Origin: a bacterium
Lineage (GTDB): Bacteria; SAR324; NAC60-12
Direction: 5' to 3'
Length of the DNA: 64,000 bases
NCBI GenBank assembly: GCA_965209155.1
Contig: OZ242383.1
Span: forward strand, 1,824,001-1,888,000
The translations under genes and the position numbers were made by a program. Shown here piece by piece: positions 30,513 through 40,967 of this stretch. Position 1 is the stretch's first letter; each line of letters opens with the position of its first letter. Under the pieces are notes generated by a model that was not told the DNA's origin, did not search any database, and saw only the letters and a program-made list of their open reading frames with translations.

Positions 30513-31061
30513 TCAGGCACTTATTTTTGCAGGAGATTTCAAAGGGGTTTCTACCTGAGCCAATTCCTGTCTGAATCGAGTTCGCATTTCTTCATTCATG
30601 TCCGGGTATACTTCCAGGATCTCATGGATTTTCCAGGGAATGAGAATGGCGGGGTCCCCAATGGTCTTTACGGGAATTCGTGCGGAAATGATGGAAACGT
30701 GCGCTCGTTCTTTGTTGTCTACTGAGAGTGTTCCCGTGGAGCTGACGAGTCGACGATTGTACTTATCAATGCTCACTTCCACATCGATCAATTCTCCAGG
30801 TCGGATGAGTTCCTTGAAACGACATTCTCCTGTTTTCAATAGGATCGGAGCGACCCACTCCGTGGACTCTTTCAAGTTTCTCAACAAAATCAGTTTCCCT
30901 GCCAAATTGGCCACTACTTCAATTTGCAAAACACCAGGAACGATGGGGCTTTCCGGGAAATGATCCTGATGCCATTCTTCGTTGAGTAGAAATCGTTTCT
31001 CCCCTTTGATGCGATTGATGCCATCCGTTTCTGTGATCCGGTCAACAAATTTCCAACGCAT
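30513..31061 (-). CDS. FabA/FabZ-like hot-dog dehydratase
   Basis: FVDRI and DHFPESPIVPGVLQIE. Confidence 0.8.
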   Translation of the reverse strand: MRWKFVDRITETDGINRIKGEKRFLLNEEWHQDHFPESPIVPGVLQIEVVANLAGKLILLRNLKESTEWVAPILLKTGECRFKELIRPGELIDVEVSIDKYNRRLVSSTGTLSVDNKERAHVSIISARIPVKTIGDPAILIPWKIHEILEVYPDMNEEMRTRFRQELAQVETPLKSPAKISA

Positions 31062-31195
31062 AAGTACTTTTCAATGGTGGAGGGTATGAATTTTTTAAAA
31101 ACTAATTTTGCCGTCCTTGCGAAAATGTTCTACCTGCTATGAAATCCTGACTTCTTGAATGCTTGAAAAACGGGGGTTGAACAAGTTCATGAAAT

Positions 31196-31747
31196 TTAAA
31201 GTTCTCCAGAATGAAAATAACTTGATAGAGGGTCGATACCTATTTGCTTCAGTATTTCGTCCCAACGTTCATCAAAGGGCATTTCCAAGACATATTTAGT
31301 CTCCAAGGATGTCAACCACCAAGCACCTTCTTCAATTTCTTTATCCAATTGTCCGGGGGCCCAACCGGCATACCCGCAGCCCAAGAGGTATTTTTTCGGC
31401 CCCTCTTTACGAGCAATAGCGCTCAAAACCTCATGAATCGCGCTAATGCTGATTGCGGGAGATACTTCAGAAGTGGTGTCGCTGCTGAATTCGTGTGAAT
31501 GGATGGCCCAGAGTGATTCTTGTTGCACCGGTCCTCCCAGCATCAAAGGTGCCGTCAGTTCCTCTTTGAATTCCAAATCGGTGGCAATGATATCCTTGAT
31601 TCGTATTGAAGAAGGATTGTTGATCACCAAACCAAAAGCGCTCTCTTCCGTGTAATTGCACAGCAAAATAACGGTTTTTTCAAAATAGGAGTCTTTGAGA
31701 GCAGGCATTGCTACCAAGAGCCCTGGAGTTAAATCTTCTTCAGTCAT
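31196..31747 (-). CDS. YqgE/AlgH family protein
   Basis: LLVAMP, FGLVIN, GGPV and GYAGWAPGQL. Confidence 0.92.
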   Translation of the reverse strand: MTEEDLTPGLLVAMPALKDSYFEKTVILLCNYTEESAFGLVINNPSSIRIKDIIATDLEFKEELTAPLMLGGPVQQESLWAIHSHEFSSDTTSEVSPAISISAIHEVLSAIARKEGPKKYLLGCGYAGWAPGQLDKEIEEGAWWLTSLETKYVLEMPFDERWDEILKQIGIDPLSSYFHSGEL

Positions 31748-31838
31748 CCTTTTTCATTTTCAAAATAGTTGAAGAAAATTATCCTCTAACATAAGGTACG
31801 TATTATAATTTCCTTGCATAATCGCCCGGGCTTCGCAT

Positions 31839-32948
31839 ATGAGTTTTCACATCCAAAATAATCAAAAAGCACAAAAAGCCATTGATGAATTTTTAAAAAA
31901 AATTCGTTACCAACGTGAAGGGGACAGAATAGCACCTCTCTATGGCATGGTCGTGGATATTTTTGTGGCTGCCGGTCAAAAAAATCTTCTTTACTTGATT
32001 AAATTGCGAAGATATTGGTTGCAGCAAAGTGATGAGTTTCTTGCAAGACATGCTTATCCACAGAGAATTTCTACAACTTGGGAATTTAAAATCACTTCTC
32101 AATATTTGGAGACACTGAAAAAAGAACCTGTACTCAATACCAGTTTTTACGAAATTTTAAAAAATAGCGAAAATACGTGTTTTACATCCAGCGATTTGTT
32201 CAAATTCCTGCAGCAGCGCTTGAAACGGGCAATCACGCCAGAAGAAAAAGAAATACTAGTCGCTCCCGCTAGTTTCACTCGCAAGGAATCTGTCCTCCAT
32301 TTAGTAGTGTACGACGGCGCTTTCACCCAAGCGATTCAATTAGAAATGCCCACTTATATTAAACAGGTCAACCAAATCCTTTACGATTTTCAAATTGATC
32401 GCATTCAATGTTTGGTCGGGGACTTGGGACAAAAACATCAAGATCAAATTTGGATTGGTACATTAGCCTCTGTTTGGGATGCGCTCCTCAGCCCGGAATT
32501 TATCAGCCATTGCGTGCCAGCATTCATTAAACGATCAGATTATTACAATGCCACTCTGATGGTTTATGTTTCCAATCTAGCTGTACAGGCTCAATTGAAT
32601 ACCCCGGTACAATCTCAAAAGTTGCTGGATCGCATTTATCACACTTTTCCCGAACTCCAATTTGTCATCCAAAAAATCGGCTTCATCGTGCAAAATGGAA
32701 TGAATAAGGAACAGAGCCGGTTAACATCACTTCTCATGGCAGAATCTGCAATTGATCCTGTTTCCAGTTATGATCGACTGAAACGATTGATTCAACATGA
32801 ACATGTCCCATCCGAATTGCCGAATGAAGCGCTCTTCAAAGTTCCAAACATGGAAAAACAACGATGGAGACTTTCTCCTTCCGATTCGATCAATGCGGTG
32901 CAAGATATCATTCAACGCATCAAGGATAATCAATCAAGACATCAATGA
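31839..32948 (+). CDS. Hypothetical protein, probably two DciA/DUF721-like domains
   Basis: Two W...H.xP...L.(L/V).V...L...I..I.F/C.V patterns (residues ~60-195 and ~214-285). Confidence 0.5.
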   Translation: MSFHIQNNQKAQKAIDEFLKKIRYQREGDRIAPLYGMVVDIFVAAGQKNLLYLIKLRRYWLQQSDEFLARHAYPQRISTTWEFKITSQYLETLKKEPVLNTSFYEILKNSENTCFTSSDLFKFLQQRLKRAITPEEKEILVAPASFTRKESVLHLVVYDGAFTQAIQLEMPTYIKQVNQILYDFQIDRIQCLVGDLGQKHQDQIWIGTLASVWDALLSPEFISHCVPAFIKRSDYYNATLMVYVSNLAVQAQLNTPVQSQKLLDRIYHTFPELQFVIQKIGFIVQNGMNKEQSRLTSLLMAESAIDPVSSYDRLKRLIQHEHVPSELPNEALFKVPNMEKQRWRLSPSDSINAVQDIIQRIKDNQSRHQ

Positions 32949-33236
32949 TGCTCTGTCATTATGAGAGTAATTCAGCAAACTCACAAGTGGAATGTTTTTC
33001 TTTTCAAAGACCTCTGCCAACGAATCCTGATTTAGGCAACTTTCCAATGTCCTTCATACGAAATCGATCAACCCGAAAAACCTTGCAAAAAGGTAACTAT
33101 TCAGGAATCTTCCGAGAACCCATCGATTTGAGTACAGATTTGAATGTTACTACAAGCTTTATCATGGTACAAAAAATTTTCCATCAGATTTTAAATTTTA
33201 TCCATACCTCAGACTGTTATTGAAAGGAAGAATCTT

Positions 33237-33479
33237 ATGAACTCAGAAGCCGTTGAAAAGATAAAACTTCACAAAATGCTTGATAAGCTTACAGAAGACA
33301 GGCTTGAATCAGTAAGGAATTATGTAAATTCGCTTATTGAAAAAGAGACCACCCCAACTGAGAGAACGAGTCTTAAAGGGATTTGGAAAGGCTCAGGTTG
33401 GGAAAATATTGACTTTGAAAACGAGTTGAAACAAGCCAGAAAAGAAATGAGTGAATCTATTTTATCAAAAAAGCTGTAA
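33237..33479 (+). CDS. Putative antitoxin
   Basis: 80 aa, SLKGIWKG...ELKQARKEM; TAATG overlap with the PIN gene. Confidence 0.75.
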   Translation: MNSEAVEKIKLHKMLDKLTEDRLESVRNYVNSLIEKETTPTERTSLKGIWKGSGWENIDFENELKQARKEMSESILSKKL

Positions 33480-33863
33480 TGGAATTATTGTTAGACTCCG
33501 TTGCTCTAAAAACGCCATTTTGCAGATGAAATGAAAATTGGTAAAAGCGCTCGTGCTATTCTTGATACTTCCGAAGAACATACGTTTTATATTTCAGCAG
33601 TCAGTTTGATGGAAATACTATACCTATCAGAAAAAAACCGTATTCCCATTTCATTAGATCAAACCATCAAGGAAATCGAAAAACGAGAAGGCTATCATAT
33701 CATCAACCTTTCCAAAGAAATTCTGCAAATTGCTCAAACCATTTCTTTTTATGAACTCCACGATAGAATGATACTCTCTACAGCTAAATTCCTTGATATT
33801 CCGATAATTTCAAGTGATCGTCGATTCCTTGAAATTCAAGAAATTTCTACTATTTGGGATTGA
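33479..33863 (+). pseudogene. VapC/PIN toxin with a +1 frameshift in an A5 run (33508-33512)
   Basis: MELLLDSVAL in one frame; RHFADEMKIG...SLMEI...ELHDRMI...ISSD in the next. Confidence 0.8.
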
Positions 33864-34149
33864 AGTATCACTAGCCTTCTTCTGCGGACATAGCCCGGCC
33901 GCATCGTCGGGAAACCACAACCCTACAGTTACATTTTTTGTACCCGTTCACGGTTACCGGTTATCAGTTACTGGCTCTGATGATTGTCGTCTACGGCCTC
34001 AATATTTTCGGCAACGCCCTCAGGGATTTGCTCGACCCCCGGTTGCGTGGCACTGCAGGGCGCTATGGCGGATCTCGTCAAAAGAGAGCTTCATGATTTT
34101 TGGAAAGGAGAGCATCTCGCGCGACACACCGATCATCGGGGAGCTGAAG

Positions 34150-34240
34150 CCGTGAGCGAGACCTGGGCACGAGAACTCATGGAACATAATATCACGGTGA
34201 ACAGTGTTTCCCCTTTCGCCATGACTCCTGGACATGCCCT
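34150..34240 (+). pseudogene. Short-chain dehydrogenase C-terminal fragment
   Basis: SETWARELMEHNITVNSVSPFAMT. Confidence 0.5.
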
Positions 34241-34281
34241 TAATGGGAATCGATGGGGGGAGTCAGAGGTTTATGTTTTGA

Positions 34282-34353
34282 AAAGGTTCCCGATCGATGG
34301 AAGCATATCGTGGGAGGACTTGAAAACGATCGGTCCTCTCCGGGAATCTTTTT
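34282..34353 (+). ncRNA. Candidate structured RNA, copy B
   Basis: Covaries with 7624-7695. Confidence 0.45.
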
Positions 34354-34394
34354 AATGAGATTTAACTGAACGGGTTTTTCAGAGACCTGAATAG

Positions 34395-36086
34395 TTACCG
34401 CAAAAAGTTAAAATCACAGCCTTCATCAGCTTGCAGAATGGTTTGCTGATACAATTTGCGGTATCCGCGGTTGTATTGGGGAAATGTTGTCTTTGCCTCT
34501 GATTTTCTTTTTTCCAATTCTGCCTCATCGACTAACAGTTCCAGTTTACGTTCTTTCACACTCAATCGAATCCGATCTCCATTTTTTACCCAACTCAAGG
34601 GCCCCCCGGAAGCAGAATCCGGAGTGACATGCAGGACGATGGTACCGTAGGCGGTCCCGCTCATACGAGCATCGGAAATGCGCACCATATCTTCCACGCC
34701 ATTCAGTGCTAATTTTTTAGGTATCGGTAAATAACCCGCTTCAGGCATTGCATCATGACTGGTGGGTCCTGCATTTTTCAAGATGAGAAAGGAATGAGGG
34801 GAAACTCGTAAATTGGGGTCATCAATACGGCGGCTCAAATCTTCCGGGGATTCAAAAACGACTGCGGTTCCTTGACTTTCAAAAAGATCCGGGTTGGCAG
34901 CCGATCTTTTCAAGATGGCCCCTCTTGGCGCTAAATTACCGAACAAAGCCACCAATCCCCCCACTCTTTCGTGAGGGTCGGAATATGAAGCAATTACCTG
35001 GCGATCGACATCTATCTGAACTGTTTGTTGCAGGATTTCACCCAGGGTTTTTCCAGAGACGGTCAGACAATTCAAGTGGAGATGGTCTTTCAGTTCCAGC
35101 AACACGGCTTCCATGCCGCCTGCCGCAAAAAAATCCTCCATATAGTGTGTACCAGTCGGTTTGAGATTCACCAGAACGGGGGTTTCCTCACTGATTCGGT
35201 TCAGTTGCTGTAATGGTATGCGAATTCCCAATCGTCCTGCAATGGCGGTCAAGTGCACTATGGCGTTGGTCGAACCACCGATTGCTACTAAAATTCGTAA
35301 GGCGTTTTCCAGCGACTGTTCCGTGATTATTTGGGAAGGGGTGATATTCTTGTCTATCAATGAAACAGCCGCCCGTCCTGTTGCTTCTGCAGCGCGCAAT
35401 CGATCTGCATGAACTGCCGGAATGGCGGCAGTCCGTGGTAAAGCCATGCCCATTGTTTCGACAAGACACGCCATTGTGCTTGCAGTTCCCATCACTGCGC
35501 ACGTCCCCGCAGTGGTGGCGAGTCGACTTTCAATGATATTGATTGTCTCCGTAGCGATTTCCCCGGCACGATAGCGTGCCCAGTATCTACGGCAGTCAGT
35601 GCAAGCTCCCAAACGCTCCCCTTGAAATCGAGAAGTCATCATCGGACCTGCAACTAAAGTAATTGTGGGTAGATTCGCGGAACAGGCGCCCATCAATTGA
35701 GCAGGTAAAGTTTTGTCACAGCCTCCCATCAATACGACAGAATCCATCGGTTGGGCTCGAATCATTTCCTCCGTGTCGATCGACATTAAATTGCGGTACA
35801 TCAAGCTGGTGGGGGCTAAAAAAACTTCTCCCAAGGAGATTGTAGGAAAGGCTATCGGCAATCCCCCTGTCGCAATCACTCCGCGTTTGAGGGCGTCCAA
35901 CAGCTCGGGAAAATGACGATGGCAATTGTTGTAGCCGCTGGCTGTATAGGCAATTCCTACAATAGGACGGTCCAGTTCTTCTCTGGACCATCCCATAGAG
36001 GCGGCGAAAGAACGACGTAAGTATCTTGAAAAATCAGGGTCTCCATAATTAGTCAATCCTTTTGTTATTCCTTTAAATTTTTCCAT
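34395..36086 (-). CDS. IlvD/Edd-family dehydratase (dihydroxy-acid or sugar-acid)
   Basis: NNCH, GGCDKT, GTCAVMGTAST, GGSTNA and SDARMSGT. Alternative start 36125. Confidence 0.92.
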   Translation of the reverse strand: MEKFKGITKGLTNYGDPDFSRYLRRSFAASMGWSREELDRPIVGIAYTASGYNNCHRHFPELLDALKRGVIATGGLPIAFPTISLGEVFLAPTSLMYRNLMSIDTEEMIRAQPMDSVVLMGGCDKTLPAQLMGACSANLPTITLVAGPMMTSRFQGERLGACTDCRRYWARYRAGEIATETINIIESRLATTAGTCAVMGTASTMACLVETMGMALPRTAAIPAVHADRLRAAEATGRAAVSLIDKNITPSQIITEQSLENALRILVAIGGSTNAIVHLTAIAGRLGIRIPLQQLNRISEETPVLVNLKPTGTHYMEDFFAAGGMEAVLLELKDHLHLNCLTVSGKTLGEILQQTVQIDVDRQVIASYSDPHERVGGLVALFGNLAPRGAILKRSAANPDLFESQGTAVVFESPEDLSRRIDDPNLRVSPHSFLILKNAGPTSHDAMPEAGYLPIPKKLALNGVEDMVRISDARMSGTAYGTIVLHVTPDSASGGPLSWVKNGDRIRLSVKERKLELLVDEAELEKRKSEAKTTFPQYNRGYRKLYQQTILQADEGCDFNFLR

Positions 36087-36327
36087 TTTGTTGGGGAGAT
36101 ACGACTTTTTATCGGGACTGTTCAAAGGCCAAGACGATTTCTTCTTCCACTGGTATTCTATTTCCTTATAAACTAATAGACATTGTTTTTACCCAAGTTG
36201 AGCGATTCTGAAAATCTGATTCTTTTCCAGAATCGCTCAATTTGGATTTTGGCCAAAAGAAGTATTTACTCGTGTCTGAAGTTCTGAAGCATTTTGAAAT
36301 TGGATGACTTCAAAGACATGTAATAAT

Positions 36328-36403
36328 TGGAGCGAGAGACGGGAGTCGAACCCGCGACCTTGAGCTTGGGAAGCTCACGCTCTACCAAATGAGCTACTCT
36401 CGC
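36328..36403 (-). tRNA. tRNA-Gly(CCC)
   Basis: 76 nt; GCGAGAG acceptor stem, TGAGC-TTCCCAA-GCTCA anticodon arm, GGTTCGACTCC T-arm, encoded CCA. Confidence 0.97.
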
Positions 36404-36491
36404 TGACTGGTTGTTATGAATGTTTTACATAAATCTGATAATATTTCAAACGAATTCCCTTAATTTAGAAATCTGAAAATAGTTGTCATTT

Positions 36492-38099
36492 ATGCCTGTC
36501 TTAGCAAGTAGCATTGATCCGAAATCCAGCGAATTTCGAGAAAATAAAGCGCGCATGAAGGATCTGGTTAAAGACTTGAACAAAACGGTGGCCGGGGTTC
36601 TGGTGGGAGGGGGAAGCATTGCCCGTCAAAAGCATCAAGACAGAGGTAAGCTTTTACCACGGGAACGAATAAGACTGTTGACGGATCCTGGTTCTCCTTT
36701 TCTTGAATTGTCTCAGTTGGCAGCTAAAGGTGTTTATAAGGATGATGTTCCCGCAGCGGGATTGATCACCGGTATCGGACGCGTTCATGGTATGGAAGTG
36801 ATGGTAGTGGCCAATGATGCGACCGTTAAAGGTGGAACCTATTATCCCTTGACTGTCAAAAAACACATCAGAGCTCAGGAAATCGCTGAACAGAATCACC
36901 TTCCATGTGTCTATCTCGTCGACTCGGGTGGCGCTTTTTTGCCCCTGCAGGATGAAGTGTTTCCCGATGAGAAGCATTTTGGTCGGATATTTTATAACCA
37001 AGCCAATCTATCCGCTAAACGAATCCCCCAAATTGCCGTCGTGATGGGTTTTTGTACCGCAGGTGGGGCTTATGTCCCGGCAATGTGTGATGAGTCGATC
37101 ATCGTCAAGAACCAGGGGACAATATTCCTGGGAGGGCCTCCTCTGGTCAAAGCGGCAACCGGTCAAGTCGTCTCGGCCGAAGAACTGGGAGGTGGAGAGA
37201 CGCACAGCCGCCGTTCCGGAGTGGTTGATCACCTGGCGCAAAATGATACCCATGCTCTCTCCATCGCCCGGGAACTGATTTCCCATTTGAACCGTAAGAA
37301 AAGCCTCCCCGTGCAAACTCGGGAGCCGGCCGACCCCCGATACGATGCCGAATCACTGTATGGGATAGTACCCACGAATTTTCGTCAAAGCTATGATGTG
37401 CGAGAAGTGATCGCCCGAATCGTCGATTCTTCGGAGTTCCATGAATTCAAAGCCTTGTATGGTTCCACTCTGGTATGTGGTTTCGCCCACCTCTATGGCT
37501 ATCCAGTGGGTATTGTTGCCAACAACGGCATTCTGTTTTCCGAATCGGCACTGAAGGGAGCCCATTTCATCGAATTGTGTGGTCAGCGGGGGATCCCTCT
37601 GATTTTCCTGCAAAACATCACCGGATTCATGGTAGGACGACGATACGAAGAAGGGGGGATTGCCAAGGATGGTTCAAAAATGGTGACCGCCGTCGCAACA
37701 GTGAAAGTTCCCAAGTTCACTCTCATAATCGGAGGATCCTTTGGTGCCGGGAATTACAGCATGTGTGGTAGAGCGTACAATCCTCGATTTCTTTGGATGT
37801 GGCCTAACGCGCGTATTTCCGTTATGGGGGGAGAGCAAGCCGCCTCGGTTTTAGCGACAGTGCGGCGTGATAACCTGGAAGCTATTGGAGAGAAATGGCC
37901 TCTGCAAGACGAGCTGGCTTTCAAGAGTCCAATCCTTGAACAATATGAAAAACAGGGACATCCTTACTATGCCAGTGCCCGGCTTTGGGACGATGGTATT
38001 ATTGATCCGCTAGACACTCGCCGGGTTTTGGGTTTGGGCATTTCGGTAGCTTTCAATGCACCTCTTGAAAAAACGGAATTTGGCGTCTTTCGTATGTGA
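36492..38099 (+). CDS. liuB: 3-methylcrotonyl-CoA carboxylase, carboxyltransferase (beta) subunit
   Basis: [33 protein letters not shown] and ARLWDDG. Confidence 0.9.
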   Translation: MPVLASSIDPKSSEFRENKARMKDLVKDLNKTVAGVLVGGGSIARQKHQDRGKLLPRERIRLLTDPGSPFLELSQLAAKGVYKDDVPAAGLITGIGRVHGMEVMVVANDATVKGGTYYPLTVKKHIRAQEIAEQNHLPCVYLVDSGGAFLPLQDEVFPDEKHFGRIFYNQANLSAKRIPQIAVVMGFCTAGGAYVPAMCDESIIVKNQGTIFLGGPPLVKAATGQVVSAEELGGGETHSRRSGVVDHLAQNDTHALSIARELISHLNRKKSLPVQTREPADPRYDAESLYGIVPTNFRQSYDVREVIARIVDSSEFHEFKALYGSTLVCGFAHLYGYPVGIVANNGILFSESALKGAHFIELCGQRGIPLIFLQNITGFMVGRRYEEGGIAKDGSKMVTAVATVKVPKFTLIIGGSFGAGNYSMCGRAYNPRFLWMWPNARISVMGGEQAASVLATVRRDNLEAIGEKWPLQDELAFKSPILEQYEKQGHPYYASARLWDDGIIDPLDTRRVLGLGISVAFNAPLEKTEFGVFRM

Positions 38100-38170
38100 A
38101 AAAGGAGGGAAATTGAAATGCGGGGTAGTTTATATATTAAGGACGTTGGGTGTTGTAAAAAGGGAACCGG

Positions 38171-40168
38171 ATGTTTAAAAAAATTTTGATTGCCAATCGG
38201 GGGGAAATAGCTTGTCGGATCATCAGAACCTGCCGCCGTCTTGGAATTGAAAGTGTGGCCATCTATTCGGAAGTAGAAGCTGATGCGCGTCATGTGACGA
38301 TGGCCGATGAAGCTCATTGTATTTGGGGTCCTGCTCCCGTAGATTCTTATTTGTCTTTGGAAAAAATTCTCAAAGCGGCCGAATCGCGAGCAGTGGAGGC
38401 TATCCATCCAGGATATGGCTTTCTTTCAGAAAACGCTGTATTTGCCCGCCTGTGCCAGATGCAAGGAGTCGTCTTCATCGGTCCTTCTCCACAAGCGATT
38501 GAAACGATGGGTTCTAAAGGACATGCCAAGTATTTGATGGAACAAGCAAATATAAACGTGGTACCAGGTTACTACGGCGATGCGCAAGAGCCCGAAGTCT
38601 TACTGGCAGAAGCCGAAAAGATCGGCTACCCTTTGATGATTAAGGCTGTCAACGGTGGTGGAGGCAAGGGGATGCGGCTGGTGGAAAAAGAGGAAGAATT
38701 CACCAGCATGCTCGACTCTGCGAAGAGAGAAGCTCGCAATACATTTGGGGACGACACGGTTTTACTGGAACATTTCATCGCCAATCCCCGTCATATCGAA
38801 TTCCAGGTTTTTGGAGACCAGTATGGCAATGTCGTCCATTTATTCGAGCGCGAATGTTCCATCCAGCGCCGATATCAAAAAATTATTGAAGAAACCCCCT
38901 CCCCTTTTTTAGATGAAGCGCTGAGACAAAAAATGGGTGAAACGGCGGTGACCGCGGCAAAAGCAATTGACTATACAAACGCCGGAACCGTCGAATTTAT
39001 TGTGGGAACGGAGCATCAATATTATTTCCTGGAAATGAATACCCGTCTGCAGGTGGAACACCCTGTCACTGAAATGACCACTGGATTGGACCTGGTGGAA
39101 TGGCAATTACGGGTCGCGCATGGGGAAGCCTTGCCATTTTCACAAGCTGAGATTCCGCAGCGGGGACATGCTATCGAAGTGAGAGTATACGCGGAAAATC
39201 CGCAAAATCACTTTTTGCCTTCAACAGGATGTTTGACGCAGTGGGTGCATCCGCCACCCAATCCTCATTTTCGCATCGATTCGGGTGTTGGGGTGGGAGA
39301 CATGGTGCAGATTTATTACGATGCGCTGCTGGCCAAACTCATAGTGTGGGATGAAAACCGGGCAAAAGCCATCCTTCGCTTACGAAAAATCCTCGCGCAA
39401 ACGGGTGTATTGGGGGTGGTCACCAATCTCGAATTATTGCAGTCCATTTTACGGAGTGCTGATTTTTTTCATGGATCCTTCGACACTTTGTTTATAGAAA
39501 AATACCGACAAACACTCGTTCAGCCATCTAAAACAATTCCTGCACCTGCCGTGTGGGCGGCAGCACTTTATGAACTACTGAGGCGAGAAACACTAGCAGC
39601 CCAATCCGCTTCACGTTCCAGTGATCCGAGTTCACCCTGGAATTACCTGGATTTTTGGGAATTGAATGGACAAGGATACGAAGAATTCGAATTCCGGCAA
39701 GGCGAGGGGCCGTCCTGCTCAGTACGAATCCATAAACATGGAGACGAATACGTCATCCACCGTAGGGAGTATCCTTTGCGAATCCAAGTGAAACGATTCG
39801 AATCGCCATTGCTCACACTGCAATATGAGGGACGACAGGAAACCATGATGGTTTTGAACGATCATACAGGCTACTTGGTGATTCGAGGAGAAGAAAGATA
39901 TCTGTTCTCCCACATCGATCCATTATTTGTTGAATCAAACTCACCAGAGCAAAAAGGAGAACTTCGCTCTCCGATTCCGGGTCTGGTTCGTCGTGTGTTG
40001 GTTGCAGAAGGAGATTACGTGAAGGGAGGACAAACCTTGCTGATTCTCGAAGCCATGAAAATGGAGCACCGCCTGTTGGCTCCCCATGAAGGAGTTGTGG
40101 GACAGATCCATTACCAGGAGGGGAAAGTCGTTGAAGAAAATGTCATCATGATCACCTTCAGGGAATAA
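38171..40168 (+). CDS. liuD: 3-methylcrotonyl-CoA carboxylase, biotin carboxylase/carrier (alpha) subunit
   Basis: ANRGEIA, HPGYGFLSEN, EMNTRLQVEHPVTE and the EAMKME biotin site. Confidence 0.88.
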   Translation: MFKKILIANRGEIACRIIRTCRRLGIESVAIYSEVEADARHVTMADEAHCIWGPAPVDSYLSLEKILKAAESRAVEAIHPGYGFLSENAVFARLCQMQGVVFIGPSPQAIETMGSKGHAKYLMEQANINVVPGYYGDAQEPEVLLAEAEKIGYPLMIKAVNGGGGKGMRLVEKEEEFTSMLDSAKREARNTFGDDTVLLEHFIANPRHIEFQVFGDQYGNVVHLFERECSIQRRYQKIIEETPSPFLDEALRQKMGETAVTAAKAIDYTNAGTVEFIVGTEHQYYFLEMNTRLQVEHPVTEMTTGLDLVEWQLRVAHGEALPFSQAEIPQRGHAIEVRVYAENPQNHFLPSTGCLTQWVHPPPNPHFRIDSGVGVGDMVQIYYDALLAKLIVWDENRAKAILRLRKILAQTGVLGVVTNLELLQSILRSADFFHGSFDTLFIEKYRQTLVQPSKTIPAPAVWAAALYELLRRETLAAQSASRSSDPSSPWNYLDFWELNGQGYEEFEFRQGEGPSCSVRIHKHGDEYVIHRREYPLRIQVKRFESPLLTLQYEGRQETMMVLNDHTGYLVIRGEERYLFSHIDPLFVESNSPEQKGELRSPIPGLVRRVLVAEGDYVKGGQTLLILEAMKMEHRLLAPHEGVVGQIHYQEGKVVEENVIMITFRE

Positions 40169-40181
40169 TCTCTGCAATCCA

Positions 40182-40967
40182 TCAAAACAATTCGACGACA
40201 CCGACCCTATGGAAAGCCAATACAAACAAATAGCACAATACCTCCGACAATTGCTGGGCCGCACCCAGGCAATCTCCCGTAACGCCTCCCAGACGTCGAT
40301 TGAAATAATAACCCAGTAACCAACGCAGTATAATTATCGGAATGACGACCAACCCGAAAACTCCGTCCATTAAAAAAAACCAGGGCAACATCCCCAACAA
40401 AAAGAGGATTCCCAATTCCCTTCCTGAAATTCGTTTTACCAACGCTCGCGCCTTAGCGATTTCTGGAAGTCCCACGTAATCGTAAGAATAGAGTAAGGAA
40501 ACAGCCGCGCTCCGGCTCAGGCTGTGAGCGGCAATCAGAAGCAGGGAAATCCGGAACGCATCCAGGGAGAGAAGAGTGACATATTTTAAAAACAACAGCA
40601 GTGTCAATCCTAATAAACCGAACGATCCTAATCGGGCATCCTTCATTATTATCAGAATTTCTTGCCGAGTCCATCCTCCGCCAAATCCGTCGCAACTGTC
40701 AGCAAACCCGTCTTCATGGAGGGCGCCTGTCAGCAGGATGGTACTAATCATACTGAAGAGCAATGCCACCGACAGAGGAAAAAAGAAGAGCCCGATTTGG
40801 AAAATCAAAGCTCCCACACCTCCCACAATCCATCCAATCACAGGAAAGTAGATGATTGAACTCGCCTGTTTGTCATTTGAAATTTTATGGGACATGGATA
40901 CGGGAATCCGCGTATAGAAGGACACTGCCATCAAAAACGATTCCCATCCATCACGTATTCTTTTCAC
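40182..40967 (-). CDS. cobS: Adenosylcobinamide-GDP ribazoletransferase
   Basis: TGALHEDGFADSCDG and GGVTGDCLGA; start uncertain (GTG at 40967). Confidence 0.93.
   Translation of the reverse strand: MKRIRDGWESFLMAVSFYTRIPVSMSHKISNDKQASSIIYFPVIGWIVGGVGALIFQIGLFFFPLSVALLFSMISTILLTGALHEDGFADSCDGFGGGWTRQEILIIMKDARLGSFGLLGLTLLLFLKYVTLLSLDAFRISLLLIAAHSLSRSAAVSLLYSYDYVGLPEIAKARALVKRISGRELGILFLLGMLPWFFLMDGVFGLVVIPIIILRWLLGYYFNRRLGGVTGDCLGAAQQLSEVLCYLFVLAFHRVGVVELF

Larger units (their letters stand above)
33093..34398 (+). mobile_element. Non-autonomous IS66-ended element carrying a toxin-antitoxin pair
   Basis: Left end GTAACTATTCAGG... resembles 5675-5725; the right ~115 bp resembles 7626-7740. 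GCAAAAAG is duplicated at 33085-33092 and 34400-34407. No transposase inside. Confidence 0.85.

Noticed and set aside
36328..36403. tRNA-Gly as an island attachment site
   Set aside because: I saw no duplicated tRNA 3' end and no integrase in the window.
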